NCBI GenBank assembly: GCA_902530535.1
Contig: CACAAP010000002.1
Span: 255 to 64,254 of the forward strand
Reading direction: 5' to 3'
Length of the DNA stretch: 64,000 bases
From: an uncultured Candidatus Poseidoniales archaeon
GTDB taxonomy: Archaea > Thermoplasmatota > Poseidoniia > Poseidoniales > Thalassarchaeaceae
Made by a program: the position numbers and the translations under genes. Shown here piece by piece: positions 18,458 to 27,396 of the stretch. The notes beneath the pieces are model-generated. The model had not been told where the DNA came from and searched no databases. It was given only the letters and a program-made list of their open reading frames with translations. Numbering within the stretch: the stretch's first letter is position 1; each line of letters begins with the position of its first letter.

Positions 18458-19363
18458 ATGGCGAAGGGAGAGATAGTACTAGGATGCCTCGCACCGCACC
18501 CCCCGCATGTGGTTTATGCGGAGAATCCGGAACAGAACGAGGCTTTCGCAGAAGGAGGATGGGAGACACTCAGATGGGGTTACAACAGACTCGCAAGGAA
18601 ACTGAAATCGATTGACTACGATGCAATGGTAATCTTCACCCCTCACTGGCAGACTTACATCGGAACTCATTTCCTCGGGCTACCTAAATTCAAGTCGAAG
18701 TCGGTTGACCCTGTTTTTCCTAATCTCTTCAGGTTCAACTACGACATCTCAGTCGATGTAGAGTTGGCAGAGAAGATGTGCGAGGTTGCTGGGGAATCCG
18801 GGATAGTGACTAAGATGATGAGGAATCCTGACTTCAGAATCGACTATGGGACAATCACCTCATGCCACATGCTTAATCCTGAGTGGGACAAGCCACTGGT
18901 GACGATAAGTAGTAACCGAAACGCGCACTACTACTCGCCAGAAGTGATGAACGAGCAGGCCAGTGCCCTTGGGGATGCCTGTGCAAAGGCAATAGAAGAG
19001 AGTGGGAAGAAAGTTGTACTGATCAGCAGCCATAGCCTATCCCACAGGCACTTCGTAACTGAGTCTCCACTCCCTGAGGATATGAGCAGGGAGCACATAT
19101 ACAATCACAGCCAATACGTCTGGGACATGAAGCTGGTAGACCTGATGAGAGATGGGAAGATGAAAGAAGTGATCGACATTATGCCGGAATTCACGGAGCA
19201 GACGATCGCTGAAACTGAAGCCGGAGGGCTGACTTGGATGATGGCAGCCATGGGTTATCCGGAGTACCCTGCAGAGATTTACGGTTACCAGTCAGTGATT
19301 GGCACGGGTAACCTGATTGCCGCGTGGGACCCACTAGAGGCAACCAGAGAGATTGTGCTCTGA
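18458..19363 (+). CDS. Class III extradiol dioxygenase, LigB family, catalytic (beta-like) subunit
   Basis: LAPHPPH near the N-terminus, TPHW at about residue 63 and SSHSLSHRH at about residue 190 fit the LigB-type Fe ligand and catalytic His positions. Confidence 0.75.
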   Translation: MAKGEIVLGCLAPHPPHVVYAENPEQNEAFAEGGWETLRWGYNRLARKLKSIDYDAMVIFTPHWQTYIGTHFLGLPKFKSKSVDPVFPNLFRFNYDISVDVELAEKMCEVAGESGIVTKMMRNPDFRIDYGTITSCHMLNPEWDKPLVTISSNRNAHYYSPEVMNEQASALGDACAKAIEESGKKVVLISSHSLSHRHFVTESPLPEDMSREHIYNHSQYVWDMKLVDLMRDGKMKEVIDIMPEFTEQTIAETEAGGLTWMMAAMGYPEYPAEIYGYQSVIGTGNLIAAWDPLEATREIVL

Positions 19364-19372
19364 GGTGATTAA

Positions 19373-20296
19373 GTGTCGGATCCAGAGATTCTTTTCGGGA
19401 TTTACTGTCCGCCCCACCCACAACCACTTCTATCACCAGATGCAAGTGAGGGATATGGGAAGCTAAGGGATGCATTCGAGACATGCAGGAAAAGGATCGA
19501 GGAAAGCGAGGCAGACCTGATACTGGTATACTCGACAACCTGGCCCAGCATCATTGGCCACCAGATACAGGGGCATCCGGAGCCGGAATGGGTGCATGTG
19601 GACGATGACTTCCACTACCTGGGTAGCATGCCATACAAGTTCAAGATGGACACGGAGTTTGCTGAGAAATTCAGAGAGTCTGCAGAGTCGAGGGGGCTAC
19701 AATCTAGAACGGTGTCTTACGATGGTTTTCCCATAGACACAGGCTCGATTGTTGCGCTCAAGCTTCTAAACCCGGATAACAGGATTCCTGCATGCATCGT
19801 ATCCAGTAACATGTATGCAAATAGAGCCGAGACAATTGTTCTGGGCAAGTCTGCGCGTGATGCTATTGGCGCTCAGGGCAAGAAGGCAGTGGTAGTGGTA
19901 GTTTCCAGCCTTTCAAACAGGATGTTCACGGAGCATATTGACCCTGCAGAGGACAGAATCCACTCTGCCAAGGATGACGAGTGGAACAAGAAAATCTTAG
20001 AGTTCTTTGGAGACGGCAGGCTGGAGGACCTAAGTCAGCTTTCTAGAGAGATTCATGGGCAGATTAGAGTGCAAAAGGTCGTGGCATACAAGCCAGCCTG
20101 GTGGATGTCCGCTACAATGGGTCAGCACAACAACTACACAGGCGAGGTTTTGGCCTATGAGGCACTTCATGGCTCGGGAGGGGCGGTTGTAGTTCTGACT
20201 CCATCGAAAGGATCAGTGGGCGACAAGGAGTTCGATGAGGACGATGTTGAACACTACCATGGTGATCGAGGAGTATTGGATACGGGGGCCCTGTGA
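19373..20296 (+). CDS. LigB-family paralogue lacking the second metal-ligand His (alpha-like, probably non-catalytic subunit)
   Basis: Collinear with the upstream gene (CPPHPQP ... VYSTTWPS), but STTW replaces TPHW. It has a GTG start 10 nt after the upstream stop. Confidence 0.65.
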   Translation: MSDPEILFGIYCPPHPQPLLSPDASEGYGKLRDAFETCRKRIEESEADLILVYSTTWPSIIGHQIQGHPEPEWVHVDDDFHYLGSMPYKFKMDTEFAEKFRESAESRGLQSRTVSYDGFPIDTGSIVALKLLNPDNRIPACIVSSNMYANRAETIVLGKSARDAIGAQGKKAVVVVVSSLSNRMFTEHIDPAEDRIHSAKDDEWNKKILEFFGDGRLEDLSQLSREIHGQIRVQKVVAYKPAWWMSATMGQHNNYTGEVLAYEALHGSGGAVVVLTPSKGSVGDKEFDEDDVEHYHGDRGVLDTGAL

Positions 20297-20943
20297 TGGA
20301 AGAGGAGGAGCAAATGACGACCGAGGAAAAAAGGAAGAAGATGGTTGAAGGGATCGTCTCTGCTCCTGCTGATGCGGTCGAGAAGGTTTACGACGAGGTC
20401 GGGCAGTCACTTGCGAGATCTGCTGGAGGGGCCCTGGGAGCAGCTGCTGGCGTAGCAGTTGGTGGTCCCGTAGGAGGGGTCTTAGGAGCGGTAGTTGGAC
20501 GGAAGGCGGCTGGTAAGATTACCAGTGAGGACGGAGCCTTCATCGCAGAGGGAGGTCCCAAGGCAGTTGGAGCTTATCCCCATTTACGTAGAGTGGGGGA
20601 CCTGGTCTTCGTTAGCGGAATGGGGCCTCGTCAGCCTGGGACGGACGAAATACCCGGAGGACCGATAAAGGACGAGAGTGGAAATCCCCTGGAATATGAC
20701 ATCAGAGCACAGACACATTCAGTGATTAGTAACATCAGAGTCATTCTCGAGGAGTACGGGCTAGGTCTGGAAAATATCGTTGATGTCCTAGTCTTCCTAA
20801 CGGATATGGAAAGGGACTTCCAAGACTACAACGAGGTTTACGCTGAGTACTTCTCAGAGATTCTGCCAGCAAGGACGACAGTTTCAGTCGAAGCCCTGCC
20901 AACTTCTATTGCCATCGAGTTGAAGGTTGTTGCCAGAGCGTAA
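20293..20943 (+). CDS. RidA/YjgF/L-PSP family protein with a roughly 80-aa N-terminal extension
   Basis: The C-terminal 130 aa (GAYPHLRRVGDLVFVSG ... VFLTDMERDFQDYNEVY ... PARTTVSVEALP) has the RidA pattern. The start overlaps the upstream stop (GTGATG). Confidence 0.8.
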   Translation: MMEEEEQMTTEEKRKKMVEGIVSAPADAVEKVYDEVGQSLARSAGGALGAAAGVAVGGPVGGVLGAVVGRKAAGKITSEDGAFIAEGGPKAVGAYPHLRRVGDLVFVSGMGPRQPGTDEIPGGPIKDESGNPLEYDIRAQTHSVISNIRVILEEYGLGLENIVDVLVFLTDMERDFQDYNEVYAEYFSEILPARTTVSVEALPTSIAIELKVVARA

Positions 20944-21972
20944 TCATTGGGCTAAGTCCTCGATGCTATCTGAAGTGCACCAAGAAGGCGAGGATATGGG
21001 GTTGCACCTGCTTGGGTTCCCCTCTGGAATTGAGACCCAGTAGTCCAACCCATCGACCTCCGCCGGGTAGTCCGTGGAAATGCTGTGCGCACCAACTGCA
21101 AGCGCGGCATCCCTCCTGGCAGTATCATTGTTGTCTGCCTCCTCGCCCCCACTGTCTGCCCTGCTTCGGACTATGTAGCCCTCGCTAACCAATCTGGAAA
21201 TTTCTTCTCCACTCCCCACCGGATCGGTGATGGAGAATATTGCAGCCTCGGTGCTACCTTCGTCAGATAGGGTGAACATCCTAGCACCGATTAATCCCGG
21301 AAAACCTTGGATGTACAGATCTCTGGCCTCCCCCCTCGCTAACAACACGAAGACTGCCTTCCCCCTACTCTCCTCGAGCAGAGGCCAGCCATTTTCCCCT
21401 ATCGCATCGCGGAGGTTGTCGCTGTCGCCCCTTACATCGTCAGGAGTAATGGTCTTGTTCAGTGGCCAGAAATCCGATATTTCCCCCTCTATGTCATCCA
21501 GAAGCCCGGAAATCTCCAGAGTGGTTGTCACATCGGCCGCTTGCTCAGGCCAGTCCTTGGGCTCAACCCAGATGAACAGGGGATGATGCATGGGATTCTC
21601 GTTGGACCATGCCAGCAACGTCCCTAGGCAATCCTCGAATGTCGGGCATGTTGTCCCGGAGTCATACTGGTTATGGTAGACTCTGAGTCCCTCTCTGAGG
21701 TCCCACCACACATCTAATTCGAACTGCCTTACTCCTTGTTGAGAGGCCTGCAAGTCAAGTGGTTGGTGAGTGTACATGTACTCCCTTGTAGGGGAGAACA
21801 GTGGTTCCACATGGTACGAGTTATGTGTTCCCTTCATCTGAATGTGATTTATCCGAAGAGGCTCTTTTTCGGCTCCCTCATCGAAGATACTGTTGCTCGA
21901 TCCTACTCCGAAGCACCCAGTAAGAGAGGTGACGACGAGCAGAGTAACTGTTAGCGCTGCTTGCCCCCTCAT
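20944..21972 (-). CDS. Secreted or lipoprotein PI-PLC-like phosphodiesterase (Ca-dependent PLC X-domain family)
   Basis: The signal and lipobox read MRGQAALTVTLLVVTSLTGC. IQMKGTHNSYH is the PLC X-domain catalytic motif. The start is set at MRGQ (21970-21972) because the longer ORF overlaps the FKBP gene. Confidence 0.6.
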   Translation of the reverse strand: MRGQAALTVTLLVVTSLTGCFGVGSSNSIFDEGAEKEPLRINHIQMKGTHNSYHVEPLFSPTREYMYTHQPLDLQASQQGVRQFELDVWWDLREGLRVYHNQYDSGTTCPTFEDCLGTLLAWSNENPMHHPLFIWVEPKDWPEQAADVTTTLEISGLLDDIEGEISDFWPLNKTITPDDVRGDSDNLRDAIGENGWPLLEESRGKAVFVLLARGEARDLYIQGFPGLIGARMFTLSDEGSTEAAIFSITDPVGSGEEISRLVSEGYIVRSRADSGGEEADNNDTARRDAALAVGAHSISTDYPAEVDGLDYWVSIPEGNPSRCNPISSPSWCTSDSIEDLAQ

Positions 21973-22015
21973 CCTGATTGAATTATTGGAGAGGGAAATA
22001 ACTCTTCTGAATAAT

Positions 22016-22504
22016 TCAATGATTGGTGCCACCGGGACCATGGACGTGACCATGCGCCAGTTCTTCTTCGGATGCTGCCCGGACGTCTACGACTTCTACC
22101 TCGAATCGTAGGGTTCTGCCTGCCATCTGGTGATTGAAGTCGGCAGTAACCATTTCTTCGTCTATCTCCAGTATAGTGAATTGAATCGGGCCCTGATCAC
22201 TGTGGGCTCCTACGACCATCCCAACTTCTAGTTCCATATTCTCCGGAAAGTTCTCCCTCTGAATCTTCTGAATAGCATCCTCGATTCTTTCCCCGTAAGC
22301 GTCTTCGGGCGCCAGGGTGAACTCTCTCTTCTCCCCCACCTTTGCCCCGAGCATTTCTCTCTCGAATCCAGTGATCATCTGTCCGTATCCGACTATGAAG
22401 ACCAGAGGATCCTTCCCCCTGCTACTATCGAATTCGCCTCCCTCTGCGAAGGTCCCAGTATAATGCACGGATGCAATTGTACCATGCTCTATTGTGTCAG
22501 TCAT
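22016..22504 (-). CDS. FKBP-type peptidyl-prolyl isomerase (SlyD-like, with IF insert and His-rich tail)
   Basis: VHYTGTFAEGGEFDSS...PLVFIVGYGQMITGFE and the C-terminal HGHVHGPGG are present. Confidence 0.85.
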   Translation of the reverse strand: MTDTIEHGTIASVHYTGTFAEGGEFDSSRGKDPLVFIVGYGQMITGFEREMLGAKVGEKREFTLAPEDAYGERIEDAIQKIQRENFPENMELEVGMVVGAHSDQGPIQFTILEIDEEMVTADFNHQMAGRTLRFEVEVVDVRAASEEELAHGHVHGPGGTNH

Positions 22505-22581
22505 GTGTATTGGGCTAAGAGTGAGTATCTAACCGTTGGGTATACAGAACCTTCAACTGGGGAGGGTGGGGCCCCCAAATC

Positions 22582-24312
22582 ATGCGTCACTACGGTCCAG
22601 AGGACCTAGTAGGAATAGTGTTGACTCCGAAGGATACGGACTCTGACGGTCTTGAAAGGAAGTTAGGGCTATTTTCGGTGATAATTATCTCGCTATCGGC
22701 AATGATAGGGTCTGGTCTATTCGTACTTCCTGCTCTCGCCATGCTAGAACTTGGAGGGGGGGAGAATCCACTCGGAGGAATCTGGCTAGCGTACCTAGTT
22801 GCTGCTGTTCTTGTAATTCCTGGTGCTGTGTCAAAGTCAGAGCTCTCAACAGCTATGCCGACCTCTGGTGGCTCATACGTTTACGTCCAGAAGACCTTCG
22901 GGCCTCTAGTCGGAACTATAGCCGGTCTAGGCCTATGGGCCAATTTCATGCTAAAGTCTGCATTCGCATTAATCGGCTTCAAAGCTTACCTTTGGGTAAT
23001 TGAGGACTTGCTGGGAATGGACATTGACATTGAGGCTGCAGCAATTCTACTCCTAGGAATAATTGTTGGGATAAACATCCTAGGGGTGAAGAGGATCAAG
23101 AAGATCCAGATTCCCATAGTAATGTTTTCCGCTGCTTACCTATTCGCCCTGTGCGCTTATGCATTAGCATTTCACGATCTGGATTGGAGTGCCGTTTCTT
23201 CAAAGGATTCTTTTGGGAGCTGGGAGGATGTTGCGGCTACATCCGCATTCGTGTTTGTTTCATACGCTGGCGTGACCAAGATAGCTGCTGTGGGTGGCGA
23301 GATCAAGGATCCAGAAAGGAATCTCCCCCATGGAATACTTCTGTCTCTACTATTCAGTTGTCTGCTGTACGTAACTGTCACTTTGGTAATGGCTGCTGCA
23401 GTTGCACCCTCAGACTACATGCACGGCGAACACGGTGCTAGCGAGGACCCCGTGTACATCTTCGCTGAGGCAGTAGGTGGGGAGATGGTTGGGAAAATCG
23501 CTGCGATTCTTGCTGTTGTGACAATGACTTCTATGGCTCTAGCGGGAATTCTAGCTTCTTCGAGGTTCCCATTTGCTATGTCCAGGGACAATCTGTTGCC
23601 TCCCTTCCTTGAGAGCGTCCATCAGAGATTTGGAACCCCACATTGGGCAATAATTGGGACAGGCTTAGCGATGGGCCTGGCGATAACCTTCCTACCTGTT
23701 CATGACGTCGCGGAACTCGCATCGGGATTCAAAATAATGATCTTCATGATAATCAATGCGTGTGTGATTGTGCTTAGGACCTCAGCAGATTCTCACACAT
23801 GGTACGACCCCCAGTGGAAGACGCCTTGGCCACTTTACCCTGCAGTACAGTTGTTCGGAATCTTCGGAGGAGGGGGTTTGCTTTACCTGATGGGGACGAA
23901 GTCTCTAGTCGGAGCCTCGGTAGCAATTGTTCTTGGATTAATCATCTACAAGGGCTACGGAGAGAGCAGGGTGGAGGTCAAGATTACCCCGTGGAAAACT
24001 GCAAAGCTGATGATAACGGACGCAGACGAAGCCGAGAGGCGCAGACTTTTCGCTGCATTCTACGAAGCCGATGCAGAGGGAGATGGGCAGTTGGATCTAG
24101 ACCAATTCGTCAGCGCTTTCAAGTCTCTAGGATACATAGAGGGAGGAGGGCCCAACATTCCCGACGATGCCATAGTTCTCTCGAAAACCAGAAATCGCCG
24201 AGGAGACCAATTGATTGGAGATGTTTTCGGTAAAGGAGACACTGACAAAGACGGACTGATTAGTATCGAGGAGTTTCTTGAGGTTGCTCGTGAGATAGAG
24301 CCAGAGGGCTGA
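22582..24312 (+). CDS. APC-superfamily amino-acid permease fused to a C-terminal EF-hand pair
   Basis: About 12 TM segments with an APC-like N-terminus ([23 protein letters not shown]). The cytoplasmic tail carries the loops [12 protein letters not shown] and [12 protein letters not shown]. Confidence 0.8.
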   Translation: MRHYGPEDLVGIVLTPKDTDSDGLERKLGLFSVIIISLSAMIGSGLFVLPALAMLELGGGENPLGGIWLAYLVAAVLVIPGAVSKSELSTAMPTSGGSYVYVQKTFGPLVGTIAGLGLWANFMLKSAFALIGFKAYLWVIEDLLGMDIDIEAAAILLLGIIVGINILGVKRIKKIQIPIVMFSAAYLFALCAYALAFHDLDWSAVSSKDSFGSWEDVAATSAFVFVSYAGVTKIAAVGGEIKDPERNLPHGILLSLLFSCLLYVTVTLVMAAAVAPSDYMHGEHGASEDPVYIFAEAVGGEMVGKIAAILAVVTMTSMALAGILASSRFPFAMSRDNLLPPFLESVHQRFGTPHWAIIGTGLAMGLAITFLPVHDVAELASGFKIMIFMIINACVIVLRTSADSHTWYDPQWKTPWPLYPAVQLFGIFGGGGLLYLMGTKSLVGASVAIVLGLIIYKGYGESRVEVKITPWKTAKLMITDADEAERRRLFAAFYEADAEGDGQLDLDQFVSAFKSLGYIEGGGPNIPDDAIVLSKTRNRRGDQLIGDVFGKGDTDKDGLISIEEFLEVAREIEPEG

Positions 24313-24328
24313 AACCTCGTGCGTATGT

Positions 24329-25183
24329 TTGAAGTCAGCAACCGTACTGGGGGTACTGCAGGGTGAGCAAGTGGTTTCCAGCAGAGCGAAGAAGGTGACT
24401 ACGCACATATTGCAAGAAATGAAGCGTTCGAATGAGAAAATAGCAATGCTCACCGCCTACGACTATTCCCTAGCAAGGCTTGTTGACGGAGCCGGAGTGG
24501 ACGTGATACTCGTAGGTGACTCTGCTTCAAACGTGATGGCGGGGAATGATACTACGGTCCCCATAACACTGGAACACATGATCTACCACGCACAGTGTGT
24601 CGTGAATGCTGTGGACAGGGCCTTGGTAGTTGTGGACATGCCATTCGGCAGCTATCAAGGCGATTCGAAGCTTGCACTGAAGAGCGCTATCAGAATAATG
24701 AAGGAGTCCGGCGGTCATGCAGTAAAAATCGAGGGCGGCAAGGAAATTGTAGACTCCGTGAAAAGGATCCTAACTGCAGGGATCCCGGTAATGGGGCATC
24801 TAGGTCTGACTCCCCAGTCAATTTACAAGTTCGGAACTTACTCAGTCAGAGCGAAGGAGGAGTCAGAGGCGAACAAGTTGATGGAAGACGCGATGGCCCT
24901 CCAGGAGGCAGGTTGCTTCTCGATAGTCTTCGAGAAGATTCCTGCAGATCTAGCAAAGAAGGTCAGCGAGTCCCTCGATATCCCCACCATCGGGATTGGT
25001 GCCGGACCCCACTGCGATGGGCAGGTCCTAGTCCTTCACGACATGCTTGGGATTACCAAGGATTTCTCACCTAGGTTCCTAAGACGCTACTCTGACGTGG
25101 GCGGCGCAGTTGACAAGGCGGTTAGAGATTACATCGATGATGTCAGGGGGGGTTCCTTCCCCGCACAAGAAGAGAGTTACTGA
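24329..25183 (+). CDS. panB: 3-methyl-2-oxobutanoate hydroxymethyltransferase (ketopantoate hydroxymethyltransferase)
   Basis: [38 protein letters not shown] and GHLGLTPQS are present. The start is uncertain; the track uses a TTG, and the conserved region begins before the first ATG. Confidence 0.9.
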   Translation: MKSATVLGVLQGEQVVSSRAKKVTTHILQEMKRSNEKIAMLTAYDYSLARLVDGAGVDVILVGDSASNVMAGNDTTVPITLEHMIYHAQCVVNAVDRALVVVDMPFGSYQGDSKLALKSAIRIMKESGGHAVKIEGGKEIVDSVKRILTAGIPVMGHLGLTPQSIYKFGTYSVRAKEESEANKLMEDAMALQEAGCFSIVFEKIPADLAKKVSESLDIPTIGIGAGPHCDGQVLVLHDMLGITKDFSPRFLRRYSDVGGAVDKAVRDYIDDVRGGSFPAQEESY

Positions 25184-25242
25184 TTCTGGATTTGCGTCCC
25201 CAACCTTCAAGGACGCCCGCCAACGGGTCGAGTTAGGTCATC

Positions 25243-26199
25243 ATGAGTGAGTTGTGGGTTGAGAGGCACAGACCGCGTTCTGTCAGCGAGATGAAGGGGC
25301 AAAGGGCAGTTGTAGATAGGCTGAGCGCTTACTCGGAGTCCAAAACATTCCCCCATCTAATGTTCGCTGGACCACCTGGAACAGGAAAGACGACCGCTGC
25401 TCTGGCACTGACCAGAGATGTATTCGGCGACGGGTTCAGGAACAACCTACTGGAGATGAATGCCAGTGATGAGAGGAAGTTGGAGTCGATACGTACCAAG
25501 GTCAAGCAATTCGCCCGAACCGCACCCATGCCAGGGACTTCGTTCAAGGTAATTTTTCTCGATGAAGCCGACGCTCTGACCTCTGACGCCCAGGGTGCCC
25601 TGAGGAGAATAATGGAGCAGTTTGCGGAGACGTGTAGGTTCATACTTTCCTGTAACTACTCTTCGAAAATCGTTGAGGCGATACAATCCCGATGCGCAGT
25701 CTTCAGATTCAGACCCCTAGATAGCGAGAAGGTTCTGGAGAAGGTCATGGAAGTAGCTAATAGCGAAGGGGTTGAGCTGGAGGAGGAGGCTGCAAGAGCG
25801 ATTGCAGATGTTAGCCTGGGTGATCTAAGGAAGGCGATTACTTCCCTACAGGTGGCTGCATCGCTAGATCCCCACGTAACTCGCGAACTCGTTTACGAAA
25901 CAACAGCCACGGCCCCACCAGAGGAGTTACATGGATTCTTCCTTGCCTGCAAAGAGGATGGTTTCCAGCCTGCTAGGAGGAGGATGAGAGAGATACTAGA
26001 TCGCTTCGGGCTTGCCGGAACTGACCTGGTAAACCAACTTCACAGAGAGCTAGGTAAAGTCACCTTCCTAGACGAACCCCAGAAGCTCAAAGTGACTGAA
26101 GCTATGGCAGAATGTGACTTCAGAATGGTAGAAGGGGGAGGGGAGTCCCTTCAACTAGATGCGATGGCAGCTAGAATCTGTAGTATGCTTGGAAATTAG
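25243..26199 (+). CDS. rfcS: Replication factor C small subunit
   Basis: LWVERHRP, Walker A GPPGTGKTT, Walker B LDEADALT and the SRC motif QSRCAVFRF are present. Confidence 0.92.
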   Translation: MSELWVERHRPRSVSEMKGQRAVVDRLSAYSESKTFPHLMFAGPPGTGKTTAALALTRDVFGDGFRNNLLEMNASDERKLESIRTKVKQFARTAPMPGTSFKVIFLDEADALTSDAQGALRRIMEQFAETCRFILSCNYSSKIVEAIQSRCAVFRFRPLDSEKVLEKVMEVANSEGVELEEEAARAIADVSLGDLRKAITSLQVAASLDPHVTRELVYETTATAPPEELHGFFLACKEDGFQPARRRMREILDRFGLAGTDLVNQLHRELGKVTFLDEPQKLKVTEAMAECDFRMVEGGGESLQLDAMAARICSMLGN

Positions 26200-27161
26200 G
26201 ATGACTGCAAAATTCTGAGGGTGTACTCCCTCTGCCAAGTGTTCTCTCCGTCTTGCCAAGGAACCATATCATTAACCTCAGTCAGTGAGATTTGAATCAG
26301 ATAATCTCCGGGACCACACCCAATGGGGCAAAGATCCCAAGCCATGGAGATATCCTGCGAGTGTGGGGCTACCTTTGGCCCCAAGTAACCCCCTGTAAGT
26401 GAGTTCTTCCGAAGCCCCCTTACCCATTCTTCATCATCTACAGATTCGAAAGTATCAGAGGGAGATAGTCCGTTAGATCCATCTGAGGCAATCTCTGATA
26501 CTAAACCGGAGACGTTGACGATCGACTCCATTTGACCTACCTTCTGGATTGTAAGATTCATGGTTGAGTTCTCCGCGTCAACGTTATCTCTCACTGCTAG
26601 ACCAAGCAACACGGGGATAGAATCCTGGGAGATTCTGATCTCGTAGACAGAGCCATCCAAGTCTGAGTCTGATATTCCCTCGGTAGTTGCAATATCTATT
26701 GCTCCAGCAAGATGGGGTGCAGCGATATCCGCCAGAGGGGGGTTGACCAGTGCAAATGACAGGGCGAGCCATGTGAAAATATACAGGAACGAAGACCTTA
26801 CCCAATTCCCGGTTGTGTATAGTTCGAAGAATCTTGATGGGACGAAAGCCTGGTGGATAGGCCGAATTAGAGAAATCATCAGCAAAGGGAGAAGCCACAG
26901 TATCTGCTTCGTCCCATTCATGCCAGGCATCATGTAGAATCTCATCAACAATGCAACCGAGAGTCCGAAGAAAATCACTATCCACATGGAGACTGCATCT
27001 GCCTTCTCCTTCTCTGCATGCGAGGAGGGGTCGAATGGCTCAAGGTCTGAGGACTTCTTACCTCCTCCTTTGGCCCCAGTGCCCTTCTTGCCTGAATAGG
27101 CGCTGGCCCTTAGGGCTGTATCGACATCGACCATGATGATTCTGGCGAGGGAAGGCGACAC
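26196..27161 (-). CDS. Hypothetical membrane protein with a C-terminal extracytoplasmic domain
   Basis: 321-aa ORF with a Lys/Gly-rich N-terminus, about 4 TM segments and a soluble C-terminal half. No motif is recognised. Confidence 0.5.
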   Translation of the reverse strand: MSPSLARIIMVDVDTALRASAYSGKKGTGAKGGGKKSSDLEPFDPSSHAEKEKADAVSMWIVIFFGLSVALLMRFYMMPGMNGTKQILWLLPLLMISLIRPIHQAFVPSRFFELYTTGNWVRSSFLYIFTWLALSFALVNPPLADIAAPHLAGAIDIATTEGISDSDLDGSVYEIRISQDSIPVLLGLAVRDNVDAENSTMNLTIQKVGQMESIVNVSGLVSEIASDGSNGLSPSDTFESVDDEEWVRGLRKNSLTGGYLGPKVAPHSQDISMAWDLCPIGCGPGDYLIQISLTEVNDMVPWQDGENTWQREYTLRILQSS

Positions 27162-27242
27162 ATCAACCCTACGTGTGAAGCGATTGTCAGGGGATAATCA
27201 CCGGCAATACTCAAATGGGCTCTTCGCTCGCCCTATTGCTAT

Positions 27243-27371
27243 GCCGGGGTGGCGTAGTTGGTAGCGCGTCGGACTCATAGGGCAGCCGAAAGGCACGTTC
27301 ACGCCGTAGGCCCCCTTCGAGATGCCTGAGTCATCCGAAGGTCGCGGGTTCAAGTCCCGCTCCCGGCACCA
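27243..27371 (+). tRNA. tRNA(CAU) with a 53-nt intron at 37/38 and an encoded CCA. It is either elongator Met or Ile2; it is not an initiator.
   Basis: The cloverleaf folds by hand. The acceptor stem is GCCGGGG/UCCCGGC, the D stem GCGU/GCGC, the anticodon stem UCGGA/UCCGA and the T arm GCGGG-UUCAAGU-CCCGC. The anticodon CAT is at 27276-27278. The intron spans 27280-27332 and has a bulge-helix-bulge: CUCA pairs with UGAG, flanked by 3-nt bulges. G1:C72 and the lack of a GGG/CCC anticodon stem argue against an initiator. Confidence 0.85.
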
Positions 27372-27396
27372 ATACCAAACTAGAAGCGAGCCATTG

